This document shows positions 53,225 through 64,000 of a DNA stretch of 64,000 nucleotides, piece after piece. The stretch lies in assembly GCF_000027125.1 (NCBI RefSeq), contig NC_017626.1. One strand, given 5' to 3'. Position numbers and translations under genes: made by a program. How positions within the stretch are numbered: position 1 is the stretch's first letter; each line of letters opens with the position of its first letter. Source of the stretch: Escherichia coli 042 (lineage in GTDB: Bacteria > Pseudomonadota > Gammaproteobacteria > Enterobacterales > Enterobacteriaceae). The notes below the pieces were generated by a model. That model saw nothing but the letters and a program-made list of their open reading frames with translations, was not told the origin of the DNA and made no database searches.

Positions 53225-53583
53225 TTCGCATCCCTAAAGACAATGAACTTTGAATAGACGAAACCGCACACCAGGCTGATGGCGGAGAAGGTGACAAGAG
53301 TTATCATCGGGGGAAGTGCGCATCTATCAGCAGCCCATCCAACAGTAGCACTGAGTGTTCCCATGAACCCGACATATAACATGTAGCGCATCGTTGTAGT
53401 TGATGCTTTGAATGTGAATTTTGCATTCGCGAAGAAGCTAAAACTCACAGCCACAACGAAACCTGCGAAGTTTGCCAGAGCCTGATTGGTATGCGCGGCA
53501 TAGATACATACACCAAAAACCACCCAGTGTATAAGTGTGTTCAGCACACCAATCGAGGTGTACCTTGCAAATATATTTAACAT
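53221..53583 (-). CDS. gtrA: GtrA flippase-like small membrane protein
   Basis: 120 aa, four TM segments, first gene of gtr operon. Confidence 0.88.
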   Translation of the reverse strand: MLNIFARYTSIGVLNTLIHWVVFGVCIYAAHTNQALANFAGFVVAVSFSFFANAKFTFKASTTTMRYMLYVGFMGTLSATVGWAADRCALPPMITLVTFSAISLVCGFVYSKFIVFRDAK

Positions 53584-53926
53584 TTATTTAATCAATGAGT
53601 TCTGAAAGGTATGAAGTCTATCATCCAAGTCTCAATCGATCGATACTTGCGGTAGTTGATGAGGAAAACTCTGGTACACAAAGCTTTGCACTGGACTGCA
53701 AGGTGTTGTGCTTCTCTGGAGTGCGATATGTTTGATGACAAAAAATTAGCGCAAGAGGACAAAAAATCACCTTGCGCTAATGCTCTGTCTCAGGTCACTA
53801 ATACCATCTAAGTAGTTGATTCATAGTGACTGGATATGTTGTGTTTTGTAGTATCATGCAGTCTATTTTTTAGACTAAATTTATTTTAAAACATTGATAT
53901 TATTGGCTTTTGCTGTTTCGCGTTCA

Positions 53927-53941
53927 GCTTTTTTATACTAA
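53927..53941. other. attR core (P-O-B'); lambda P arm lies at ~53770-53926
   Basis: Second copy of GCTTTTTTATACTAA followed by bacterial CTTGAGCG; upstream CAGGTCACTAATACCATCTAAGTAGTTGATTCATAGTGACTGGATATGTTGTGTTTT matches recalled lambda P arm. Confidence 0.95.
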
Positions 53942-54031
53942 CTTGAGCGAAACGGGAAGGTAAAAAGACAAAAAGTTGTTTTTAATACCTTTAAGTGATA
54001 CCAGATGGCATAGCGCCATCTGGCAGAGTGA

Positions 54032-54508
54032 TTAACTAAACATCGCAGTAATCGAGGCGCTTGCCAGAGAATGGAAATGGACGTTAAACCCGACCATCGC
54101 GCCGCTGGCACCTTCATCGACATCAATACGTTCTACATCCAGCGCGTGAACGGTAAAAATGTAGCGATGGGTTTCGCCTTTCGGCGGCGCTGCACCATCG
54201 TACCCGGTTTTACCAAAGTCGGTACGCGTCTGCAAAACGCCGTCTGGCATTGCTACCAGACCAGAGCCAAACCCTTGCGGTAATACGCGGGTATCAGCGG
54301 GTAAATTAACAACTACCCAGTGCCACCAGCCGGAGCCGGTTGGCGCATCCGGGTCGTAGCAGGTGACAACAAAACTTTTCGTTCCCGCAGGAACATCATC
54401 CCACGCCAGATGCGGTGAAACATTATCGCCATCGTAACCCATGCCGTTAAAGACATGACGATGTGGCAACTTATCGCCATCGCGCAGATCATTACTGATG
54501 AGTTTCAT
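54032..54508 (-). CDS. ybhB: PEBP-family protein YbhB
   Basis: 158 aa; first chromosomal gene right of attB-lambda. Confidence 0.9.
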   Translation of the reverse strand: MKLISNDLRDGDKLPHRHVFNGMGYDGDNVSPHLAWDDVPAGTKSFVVTCYDPDAPTGSGWWHWVVVNLPADTRVLPQGFGSGLVAMPDGVLQTRTDFGKTGYDGAAPPKGETHRYIFTVHALDVERIDVDEGASGAMVGFNVHFHSLASASITAMFS

Positions 54509-54566
54509 GAACCCTCCTTTCTAGTTTGCAGAAAGTGTAGCCAGAAACCCTCACGCTGACTTCCCG

Positions 54567-55856
54567 TTATTGGCAAAAAAATGTTTCATCCTGCACCGCA
54601 CGATTAACCGCTGCGGTCAGACGCTGCAACTGTTGCGGGAGAATAATATAGGGCGGCATCAGGTAAATCAGTTTGCCAAAAGGCCGGATCCAGACACCCT
54701 GTTCGACAAAGAATTTTTGCAGCGCTGCCATATTCACCGGACGAGTGGTTTCGACCACGCCAATGGCCCCTAGCACGCGCACATCGGCAACCATTTTGGC
54801 ATCACGGGCTGGTGCCAGTTGCTCGCGCAGTTGTACTTCAATAGCCACCACCTGCTGCTGCCAGTCGCCAGATTCGAGAATCGCCAGGCTGGCGTTTGCT
54901 GCCGCGCAGGCTAGCGGATTGCCCATAAAAGTTGGCCCATGCATAAAGCAACCGGCTTCGCCGTTACTGATGGTTTCCGCAACCTCGCGCGTGGTGAGTG
55001 TGGCGGAAAGGGTCATTGTACCGCCGGTTAAGGCTTTACCGAGGCACAAAATGTCCGGCGCGATATCTGCATGTTCACAGGCAAACAGTTTGCCAGTACG
55101 ACCAAATCCGGTGGCGATCTCGTCGGCAATCAGCAAGATACCTTCGCGATCGCACATTTTGCGGATTCGTTTTAACCATTCCGGATGGTAGATGCGCATC
55201 CCGCCTGCGCCCTGGACAATCGGTTCAATGATCACCGCCGCGATTTCATGACGATGCGCCGCCATCAGGCGGGCAAAGCCCACCATATCGCGCTCATCCC
55301 ATTCACCATCCATGCGGCTTTGCGGGGCGGGAGCAAACAAGTTTTCTGGCAGATAGCCTTTCCACAGACTGTGCATTGAGTTATCCGGATCGCACACCGA
55401 CATCGCGCCAAAGGTATCGCCATGATAACCATTGCGGAAGGTCAGAAAACGCTGGCGCGCTTCGCCTTTGGCTTGCCAGTACTGCAACGCCATTTTCATC
55501 GCCACTTCCACCGCTACGGAACCGGAGTCCGCGAGAAAAACGCATTCCAGCGGTTGCGGCGTCATTGCCACCAGTTTGCGGCACAGCTCAATGGCTGGCG
55601 CATGGGTGATACCGCCAAACATCACATGCGACATGGCATCAATTTGCGACTTCATCGCCGCATTAAGCTGCGGGTGATTGTAACCGTGGATCGCCGCCCA
55701 CCAGGACGACATACCGTCAACCAGGCGTCTGCCGTCAGACAAAATTAGCTCGCAACCTTCGGCGCTCGCCACCGGATAAACCGGTAGCGGGGAGGTCATG
55801 GATGTGTATGGGTGCCAGATATGGCGTTGGTCAAAGGCAAGATCGTCCGTTGTCAT
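54567..55856 (-). CDS. bioA: Adenosylmethionine-8-amino-7-oxononanoate aminotransferase
   Basis: Track ORF trimmed to [20 protein letters not shown]; 429 aa; divergent from bioBFCD. Confidence 0.95.
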   Translation of the reverse strand: MTTDDLAFDQRHIWHPYTSMTSPLPVYPVASAEGCELILSDGRRLVDGMSSWWAAIHGYNHPQLNAAMKSQIDAMSHVMFGGITHAPAIELCRKLVAMTPQPLECVFLADSGSVAVEVAMKMALQYWQAKGEARQRFLTFRNGYHGDTFGAMSVCDPDNSMHSLWKGYLPENLFAPAPQSRMDGEWDERDMVGFARLMAAHRHEIAAVIIEPIVQGAGGMRIYHPEWLKRIRKMCDREGILLIADEIATGFGRTGKLFACEHADIAPDILCLGKALTGGTMTLSATLTTREVAETISNGEAGCFMHGPTFMGNPLACAAANASLAILESGDWQQQVVAIEVQLREQLAPARDAKMVADVRVLGAIGVVETTRPVNMAALQKFFVEQGVWIRPFGKLIYLMPPYIILPQQLQRLTAAVNRAVQDETFFCQ

Positions 55857-55864
55857 AATCGACT

Positions 55865-55898
55865 TGTAAACCAAATTGAAAAGATTTAGGTTTACGAG
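55865..55898. promoter_or_regulatory. bio operator (BirA binding site) with divergent bioA/bioB promoters
   Basis: Imperfect palindrome TTGTAAACC-N-GGTTTACGA between bioA and bioB starts. Confidence 0.75.
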
Positions 55899-55942
55899 TC
55901 TACACCGAATTAACAACAAAAAACACGTTTTGGAGAAGCCCC

Positions 55943-56983
55943 ATGGCTCACCGCCCACGCTGGACATTGTCGCAAGTCACAGAATTATTTGAAAAACCGT
56001 TGCTGGATCTGCTGTTTGAAGCGCAGCAGGTGCATCGTCAGCATTTCGATCCACGTCAGGTGCAGGTCAGCACTTTGCTGTCAATTAAGACCGGAGCTTG
56101 TCCGGAAGATTGCAAATACTGCCCGCAAAGCTCGCGCTACAAAACCGGGCTGGAAGCCGAGCGGTTGATGGAAGTTGAACAGGTGCTGGAGTCGGCGCGC
56201 AAAGCGAAAGCGGCAGGATCGACGCGCTTCTGCATGGGCGCGGCGTGGAAGAATCCCCACGAACGCGATATGCCCTACCTGGAACAAATGGTGCAGGGAG
56301 TAAAAGCGATGGGGCTGGAGGCGTGTATGACGCTGGGTACGTTGAGTGAATCTCAGGCGCAGCGCCTTGCGAATGCCGGGCTGGATTACTACAACCACAA
56401 CCTCGACACCTCGCCGGAGTTTTACGGCAATATCATCACCACACGCACTTATCAGGAACGCCTCGATACGCTGGAAAAAGTGCGCGATGCCGGGATCAAA
56501 GTCTGCTCAGGTGGCATTGTGGGTTTAGGCGAAACGGTAAAAGATCGCGCCGGATTATTACTGCAACTGGCAAACCTGCCGACGCCGCCGGAAAGCGTGC
56601 CAATCAACATGCTCGTGAAGGTGAAAGGTACTCCACTGGCAGATAACGATGATGTCGATGCCTTTGATTTTATTCGCACCATTGCCGTAGCGCGGATCAT
56701 GATGCCGACCTCTTACGTGCGCCTTTCTGCCGGACGCGAGCAGATGAACGAACAGACTCAGGCGATGTGCTTTATGGCCGGGGCTAACTCGATTTTCTAC
56801 GGTTGCAAACTGCTAACCACGCCGAATCCGGAAGAAGATAAAGACCTGCAACTGTTCCGCAAACTGGGGCTAAATCCACAGCAAACTGCCGTGCTGGCAG
56901 GGGATAACGAACAACAGCAGCGTCTGGAGCAGGCACTGATGACCCCGGACACTGACGAATATTACAACGCGGCAGCACTATGA
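55943..56983 (+). CDS. bioB: Biotin synthase
   Basis: 346 aa; radical-SAM CxxxCxxC (CPEDCKYC). Confidence 0.97.
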   Translation: MAHRPRWTLSQVTELFEKPLLDLLFEAQQVHRQHFDPRQVQVSTLLSIKTGACPEDCKYCPQSSRYKTGLEAERLMEVEQVLESARKAKAAGSTRFCMGAAWKNPHERDMPYLEQMVQGVKAMGLEACMTLGTLSESQAQRLANAGLDYYNHNLDTSPEFYGNIITTRTYQERLDTLEKVRDAGIKVCSGGIVGLGETVKDRAGLLLQLANLPTPPESVPINMLVKVKGTPLADNDDVDAFDFIRTIAVARIMMPTSYVRLSAGREQMNEQTQAMCFMAGANSIFYGCKLLTTPNPEEDKDLQLFRKLGLNPQQTAVLAGDNEQQQRLEQALMTPDTDEYYNAAAL

Positions 56984-58134
56984 GCTGGCAGGAGAAAATC
57001 AACGCGGCGCTCGATGCGCGGCGTGCTGCCGATGCCCTGCGTCGCCGTTATCCGGTGGCGCAAGGGGCCGGACGCTGGCTGGTGGCGGATGATCGCCAGT
57101 ATCTGAACTTTTCCTGCAATGATTACCTCGGCTTAAGCCATCATCCGGACATCATTCGTGCATGGAAGCAGGGAGCGGAGCAATTTGGCGTCGGTAGCGG
57201 CGGTTCCGGTCACGTCAGCGGTTATAGCGTGGCGCATCAGGCGCTGGAAGAAGAACTGGCCGAGTGGCTGGGCTATTCGCGGGCACTGCTGTTTATCTCT
57301 GGTTTTGCCGCTAACCAGGCAGTTATTACCGCGATGACGGCGAAAGAGGACCGTATTGTTGCCGATCGGCTGAGTCACGCCTCATTGCTGGAAGCTGCCA
57401 GTTTAAGCCCGGCGCAGCTTCGCCGTTTTACCCATAACGATGTCGCTCATCTGGCGCGACTGCTTGCTTCCCCCTGTCCGGGGCAGCAACTGGTGGTGAC
57501 AGAAGGCGTGTTCAGCATGGACGGCGATAGTGCGCCACTGGCGGAAATCCAGCAGGTAACGCAACAGCACAATGGCTGGTTGATGGTCGATGATGCCCAC
57601 GGCACGGGCGTTATCGGGGAGCAGGGGCGCGGCAGCTGCTGGTTGCAAAAGGTAAATCCAGAATTGCTGGTGGTGACTTTTGGCAAAGGATTTGGCGTCA
57701 GCGGGGCAGCGGTGCTTTGCTCCGATGCGGTGGCGGATTATCTACTGCAATTTGCCCGCCATCTTATTTACAGCACCAGTATGCCGCCCGCTCAGGCGCA
57801 GGCATTACGTGCGTCGCTGGCGGTCATTCGCAGTGATGAGGGTGATGCACGGCGCGAAAAACTGGCGGCACTCATTACGCGTTTTCGTGCCGGAGTACAG
57901 GATTTGCCGTTTACGCTTGCTGATTCATGCAGCGCCATCCAGCCATTGATCGTCGGTGATAACAGCCGTGCGTTACAACTGGCAGAAAAACTGCGCCAGC
58001 AAGGCTGCTGGGTCACGGCGATTCGCCCACCAACCGTACCTGCTGGTACTGCGCGACTGCGCTTAACACTAACCGCCGCGCATGAAATGCAGGATATCGA
58101 CCGTCTGCTGGAGGTGCTGCATGGCAACGGTTAA
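56980..58134 (+). CDS. bioF: 8-amino-7-oxononanoate synthase
   Basis: 384 aa, PLP aminotransferase class II. Confidence 0.97.
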   Translation: MSWQEKINAALDARRAADALRRRYPVAQGAGRWLVADDRQYLNFSCNDYLGLSHHPDIIRAWKQGAEQFGVGSGGSGHVSGYSVAHQALEEELAEWLGYSRALLFISGFAANQAVITAMTAKEDRIVADRLSHASLLEAASLSPAQLRRFTHNDVAHLARLLASPCPGQQLVVTEGVFSMDGDSAPLAEIQQVTQQHNGWLMVDDAHGTGVIGEQGRGSCWLQKVNPELLVVTFGKGFGVSGAAVLCSDAVADYLLQFARHLIYSTSMPPAQAQALRASLAVIRSDEGDARREKLAALITRFRAGVQDLPFTLADSCSAIQPLIVGDNSRALQLAEKLRQQGCWVTAIRPPTVPAGTARLRLTLTAAHEMQDIDRLLEVLHGNG

Positions 58135-58876
58135 TAAACAAGCCATTGCAGCGGCATTTGGTCGGGCAGCCGCGCACTATGAGCAACATGCGGATCTACA
58201 GCGCCAGAGTGCTGACGTCTTACTGGCAATGCTTCCACAGCGTAAATACACCCACGTACTGGACGCGGGTTGTGGACCTGGCTGGATGAGCCGCCACTGG
58301 CGGGAACGTCACGCGCAGGTGACGGCGTTAGATCTCTCGCCGCCAATGCTTGTTCAGGCACGCCAGAAGGATGCCGCAGACCATTATCTGGCGGGAGATA
58401 TCGAATCCCTGCCGTTAGCGACTGCAACCTTCGATCTTGCATGGAGCAATCTCGCGGTGCAGTGGTGCGGTAATTTATCCACGGCACTCCGCGAGCTATA
58501 CAGGGTGGTGCGCCCCGGAGGCGTGGTCGCGTTTACCACGCTGGTGCAGGGATCGCTCCCTGAATTACATCAGGCGTGGCAGGTGGTGGACGAGCGCCCG
58601 CATGCTAATCGCTTTTTACCGCCAGATAAAATCGAACAGTCGCTGAACGGCCTGCATTATCAACATCATATTCAGCCCATCACGCTGTGGTTTGATGATG
58701 CGCTCAGTGCCATGCGTTCGCTGAAAGGCATCGGTGCCACGCATCTTCATGAAGGGCGCGACCCGCGAATATTAACGCGTTCGCAGTTGCAGCGATTACA
58801 ACTGGCCTGGCCGCAACAACAGGGGCGATATCCTCTGACGTATCATCTTTTTTTGGGAGTAATTGCTCGTGAGTAA
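58121..58876 (+). CDS. bioC: Malonyl-ACP O-methyltransferase
   Basis: Trimmed to [17 protein letters not shown]; SAM-binding motif LDAGCGPG. Confidence 0.95.
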   Translation: MATVNKQAIAAAFGRAAAHYEQHADLQRQSADVLLAMLPQRKYTHVLDAGCGPGWMSRHWRERHAQVTALDLSPPMLVQARQKDAADHYLAGDIESLPLATATFDLAWSNLAVQWCGNLSTALRELYRVVRPGGVVAFTTLVQGSLPELHQAWQVVDERPHANRFLPPDKIEQSLNGLHYQHHIQPITLWFDDALSAMRSLKGIGATHLHEGRDPRILTRSQLQRLQLAWPQQQGRYPLTYHLFLGVIARE

Positions 58877-59546
58877 ACGTTATTTTGTCACCGGAACAGA
58901 TACCGAAGTGGGGAAAACTGTCGCCAGTTGTGCACTTTTACAAGCCGCGAAGGCAGCAGGTTATCGGACGGCAGGTTATAAACCGGTCGCCTCTGGCAGC
59001 GAAAAGACCCCGGAAGGCTTACGTAATAGTGACGCGCTGGCGTTACAGCACAACAGCAGCCTGCAGCTGGATTACGCAACGGTAAATCCTTACACCTTCG
59101 CAGAACCCACTTCGCCGCACATCATCAGCGCACAAGAGGGCAGGCCGATAGAATCATTGGTAATGAGCGCCGGATTACGCGGGCTTGAACAACAGGCTGA
59201 CTGGGTGTTAGTGGAAGGTGCTGGCGGCTGGTTTACGCCGCTTTCTGACACTTTCACTTTTGCGGATTGGGTAACACAGGAACAACTGCCGGTGATACTG
59301 GTAGTTGGTGTGAAACTCGGCTGTATTAATCACGCGATGTTGACGGCACAGGCAATACAACACGCCGGGCTGACTCTGGCGGGTTGGGTGGCGAATGATG
59401 TCACGCCTCCGGGAAAACGTCACGCTGAATATATGACCACGCTCACCCGCATGATTCCCGCGCCGCTGCTGGGAGAGATCCCCTGGCTTGCAGAAAATCC
59501 AGAAAATGCGGCAACCGGAAAGTACATAAACCTTGCCTTGTTGTAG
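58869..59546 (+). CDS. bioD: Dethiobiotin synthetase
   Basis: Probable GTG start giving (M)[17 protein letters not shown]-loop; overlaps bioC stop. Confidence 0.93.
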   Translation: MSKRYFVTGTDTEVGKTVASCALLQAAKAAGYRTAGYKPVASGSEKTPEGLRNSDALALQHNSSLQLDYATVNPYTFAEPTSPHIISAQEGRPIESLVMSAGLRGLEQQADWVLVEGAGGWFTPLSDTFTFADWVTQEQLPVILVVGVKLGCINHAMLTAQAIQHAGLTLAGWVANDVTPPGKRHAEYMTTLTRMIPAPLLGEIPWLAENPENAATGKYINLALL

Positions 59547-59705
59547 CCATCCTGTATTTGGTTAAATTGCGAGCGAGATCGCGTCTTCGATTGACTGCAA
59601 TTTAACCAATTAAATTCTAAAATAATCACGAAAAAAATTTTACTTCCGCATCATGCGATGTATGTGGGAATTGCCCAGGCGGCGGGGGATAGGGGCTGCA
59701 GACAG

Positions 59706-59728
59706 TTATCCACTATTCCTGTGGATAA
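59706..59728. promoter_or_regulatory. Inverted pair of DnaA boxes in the bioD-uvrB intergenic region
   Basis: TTATCCACT (59706-59714) and TGTGGATAA (59720-59728), the latter a perfect TTATCCACA box. Confidence 0.6.
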
Positions 59729-60032
59729 CCATGTGTATTAGAGTTAGAAAACACGAGGCAAGCGAGAGAATACGCGGCTTGCACGCGAATTGGCGTTAAA
59801 GACGGCTCAAAGAAATATCTTTTATTTTTTAACTGGTTAGATAATTGCAATGGCAGTCACTGAAGAGGCATCTCTTGCCATAAAACTGTCATCACTCATC
59901 TTGACAAATGTTAAAAAAGCCGTTGCTTTGGGGATAACCCGGTAAGGCCGGAGTTTTATCTCGCCACAGAGTAAATTTTGCTCATGTTTGACAGCGGAGT
60001 TTACGCTGTAACAGAAATATTATGGTGAGAAA

Positions 60033-60055
60033 CTGTTTTTTTATCCAGTATAATT
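60033..60055 (+). promoter_or_regulatory. uvrB LexA box and -10 element
   Basis: CTGTTTTTTTATCCAG (CTGT-N8-ACAG-like) followed by TATAAT. Confidence 0.75.
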
Positions 60056-60124
60056 TGTTGGCATAATTAAGTACGACGAGTAAAATTACATACCTGCCCG
60101 CCCAACTCCTTCAGGTAGCGACTC

Positions 60125-62146
60125 ATGAGTAAACCGTTCAAACTGAATTCCGCTTTTAAACCTTCTGGCGATCAGCCAGAGGCGATTCGACGTCTCGAAG
60201 AGGGGCTGGAAGATGGCCTGGCGCACCAGACGTTACTTGGCGTGACTGGCTCCGGGAAAACCTTCACCATTGCCAATGTCATTGCTGATCTTCAGCGCCC
60301 TACCATGGTACTTGCGCCCAACAAAACGCTGGCGGCCCAGTTGTATGGCGAAATGAAAGAGTTCTTCCCGGAAAACGCGGTGGAATATTTCGTCTCCTAC
60401 TACGACTACTATCAGCCGGAAGCCTATGTACCGAGTTCCGACACCTTCATTGAGAAAGATGCCTCGGTTAACGAACATATTGAACAGATGCGTTTGTCCG
60501 CCACCAAAGCGATGCTGGAGCGGCGTGATGTGGTTGTGGTGGCGTCTGTTTCCGCGATTTATGGTCTGGGCGATCCTGATTTATATCTCAAGATGATGCT
60601 CCATCTCACGGTCGGCATGATTATCGATCAGCGCGCGATCCTGCGCCGACTGGCGGAGCTGCAATACGCTCGTAATGATCAGGCATTCCAGCGTGGTACT
60701 TTCCGCGTTCGTGGTGAGGTGATTGATATCTTCCCAGCAGAATCGGATGACATTGCACTTCGCGTGGAGCTGTTTGACGAGGAAGTGGAACGATTGTCGT
60801 TATTTGACCCGCTCACCGGGCAGATTGTTTCCACTATTCCACGTTTTACCATCTACCCGAAAACGCACTACGTCACGCCGCGCGAGCGCATCGTACAGGC
60901 GATGGAAGAGATCAAAGAAGAACTGGCCGCCAGACGCAAAGTGCTGTTGGAGAATAACAAACTGCTGGAAGAGCAGCGGCTGACCCAGCGTACCCAGTTT
61001 GATCTGGAGATGATGAACGAGCTGGGCTACTGTTCCGGGATTGAGAACTACTCGCGCTTCCTCTCCGGTCGTGGACCGGGTGAGCCACCGCCGACGCTGT
61101 TTGATTACCTGCCTGCCGATGGGCTGCTGGTGGTCGATGAATCACACGTCACCATTCCGCAAATTGGCGGCATGTATCGCGGTGACCGGGCGCGTAAAGA
61201 GACGCTGGTGGAGTACGGCTTCCGCCTGCCATCAGCGCTGGATAACCGTCCGCTGAAATTTGAAGAGTTCGAAGCATTAGCGCCGCAAACCATCTATGTT
61301 TCGGCGACGCCGGGTAATTACGAGCTGGAAAAATCGGGCGGCGATGTGGTGGATCAGGTGGTGCGTCCAACCGGATTGCTGGATCCGATTATCGAAGTGC
61401 GGCCAGTGGCGACACAGGTCGATGATCTTCTATCGGAGATTCGTCAGCGAGCGGCAATTAACGAACGCGTACTGGTTACAACTCTGACCAAGCGAATGGC
61501 GGAAGATCTCACGGAATATCTCGAAGAACACGGCGAGCGCGTGCGTTATCTTCACTCCGATATCGACACCGTCGAGCGTATGGAGATTATCCGCGACTTG
61601 CGTCTGGGCGAGTTCGACGTGCTGGTGGGGATCAACTTACTGCGCGAAGGTCTGGATATGCCGGAGGTTTCGCTGGTGGCGATCCTCGACGCCGACAAAG
61701 AAGGCTTCCTGCGTTCTGAACGTTCGTTAATCCAGACTATTGGTCGTGCGGCGCGTAACGTTAACGGTAAAGCGATTCTCTACGGCGATAAGATCACCCC
61801 GTCAATGGCGAAAGCGATTGGCGAAACCGAACGTCGTCGCGAGAAACAGCAGAAGTACAACGAGGAACACGGTATTACGCCGCAGGGCTTGAACAAGAAA
61901 GTGGTCGATATCCTGGCGCTGGGGCAGAACATTGCTAAAACCAAAGCGAAGGGCAGAGGAAAATCGCGACCGATTGTTGAGCCGGATAATGTGCCGATGG
62001 ATATGTCGCCTAAAGCGTTGCAGCAGAAGATCCATGAACTGGAAGGGTTGATGATGCAACACGCGCAGAATCTGGAGTTCGAAGAAGCGGCGCAAATTCG
62101 TGACCAGTTGCATCAGCTGCGTGAATTGTTCATTGCCGCGTCGTGA
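60125..62146 (+). CDS. uvrB: Excinuclease ABC subunit B
   Basis: 673 aa; helicase motifs [12 protein letters not shown]. Confidence 0.97.
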
Positions 62147-62152
62147 CAAGAT

Positions 62153-62183
62153 GAAAAAGCCGGAATGTTCTTCCGGTTCAGAT
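62153..62183 (-). terminator. Terminator hairpin between uvrB and ybhK, likely bidirectional
   Basis: GCCGGAA-tgttc-TTCCGGT stem; on minus strand followed by CTTTTTCATC. Confidence 0.45.
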
Positions 62184-62292
62184 TAACGATCAAGTCAAAA
62201 AAGTGCTCGAACGGTCCCCTCGTCCCTCCGGGGAGAGGGTGAGGGGAACAGGTCGCATTGCACCAGAAGCCTGGTCAGCAATCTCGGCCACA

Positions 62293-63261
<969 letters not shown>

Positions 63262-63454
63262 TTAACCTGCCAATATTGAGGATACAAACTATTTTCTTCT
63301 ACCTCTAAAGGATGAAGCACGCTATGCCTCTCTGATGATGTATATCAAAGTAAAACCGCCATTTTCCCTTATTCTGTAGCGAAATAGCACGATCATGACG
63401 CTATATACATGATTACATAGCGAAAGTGTGGATGGTAAAAATCTCATTTACACG

Positions 63455-63597
63455 CTAGTATCGGCTTAACCACTAAACACTCTAGCCTCTGCACCTGGGT
63501 CAACTGATACGGTGCTTTGGCCGTGACAATGCTCGTAAAGATTGCCACCAGGGCGAAGAAAGAAATGACTTCGCCTCCCGTATCTGGAAAGGTGTAC
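63455..63597 (+). ncRNA. Candidate Moco riboswitch in the moaA leader
   Basis: 5' UTR ending ...CGCCTCCCGTATCTGGAAAGGTGTAC ATG with potential RBS-sequestering pairing; moaA is known to carry a Moco RNA element. Confidence 0.45.
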
Positions 63598-64000
63598 ATG
63601 GCTTCACAACTGACTGATGCATTTGCGCGTAAGTTTTACTACTTGCGCCTGTCGATTACTGATGTGTGTAACTTTCGTTGCACCTACTGCCTGCCGGATG
63701 GCTACAAACCGAGCGGCGTCACCAATAAAGGCTTTCTTACCGTCGATGAAATTCGCCGGGTTACGCGCGCCTTTGCCAGTCTGGGCACCGAAAAAGTGCG
63801 CCTGACAGGCGGTGAGCCGTCTTTACGCCGCGACTTTACCGATATCATCGCCGCTGTGCGGGAAAACGACGCTATCCGCCAGATTGCGGTCACCACCAAT
63901 GGTTACCGTCTGGAACGCGATGTGGCGAACTGGCGCGATGCGGGACTTACTGGCATCAACGTCAGCGTTGATAGCCTTGACGCTCGCCAGTTTCATGCCA
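63598..64000 (+). CDS. moaA: GTP 3',8-cyclase MoaA, N-terminal part (runs off window end)
   Basis: [35 protein letters not shown] radical-SAM motif; no stop before window end. Confidence 0.95.

Noticed and set aside
62186-62292. Imperfect G/C-rich palindrome CCCCTCGTCCCTCCGGGGAGAGGGTGAGGGG after uvrB as a REP element or defence-related repeat
   Set aside because: Single copy, imperfect, and in a convergent-gene intergenic region where terminator-like structure is expected; no evidence of a repeat family within the window.

Overview
This window is an E. coli K-12-like chromosomal segment of the mod-ybh-bio-uvrB region (modE partial, acrZ, modABC, ybhA, pgl, ybhD, ybhH, ybhI, ybhJ, ybhC | ybhB, bioA, bioBFCD, uvrB, ybhK, moaA partial) interrupted by a ~40.8-kb lambdoid prophage at the lambda attachment site. 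The 15-bp core GCTTTTTTATACTAA is present twice, at 13101-13115 (attL, next to int) and 53927-53941 (attR). The prophage is a mosaic: lambda Int/Xis and att arms, lambda N with nutL/nutR, a phage-434-type immunity region (cI/cro with ACAA-N6-TTGT operators), an O/DnaB-helicase replication module, a lambda-like nin region (ninB/C/E/F, rusA, ninH), a Q antiterminator, lambda S-R-Rz/Rz1 lysis genes, an HK97-type terminase/portal/protease/capsid module, a Mu/SfV-like contractile tail module, and a gtrA-gtrB-gtr(type) O-antigen glucosylation cassette next to attR. All identifications are from reading the sequence and recalled protein families; no database search was run. No single locus can be shown to be a new system from sequence alone. 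The best candidates for uncharacterised biology are the accessory slots: a secreted protein translationally coupled to cI, a low-GC ORF upstream of N, a repeat-flanked small-ORF cassette between Rz and the terminase, an HNH endonuclease in the nin region, and decayed gene relics in the tail region.
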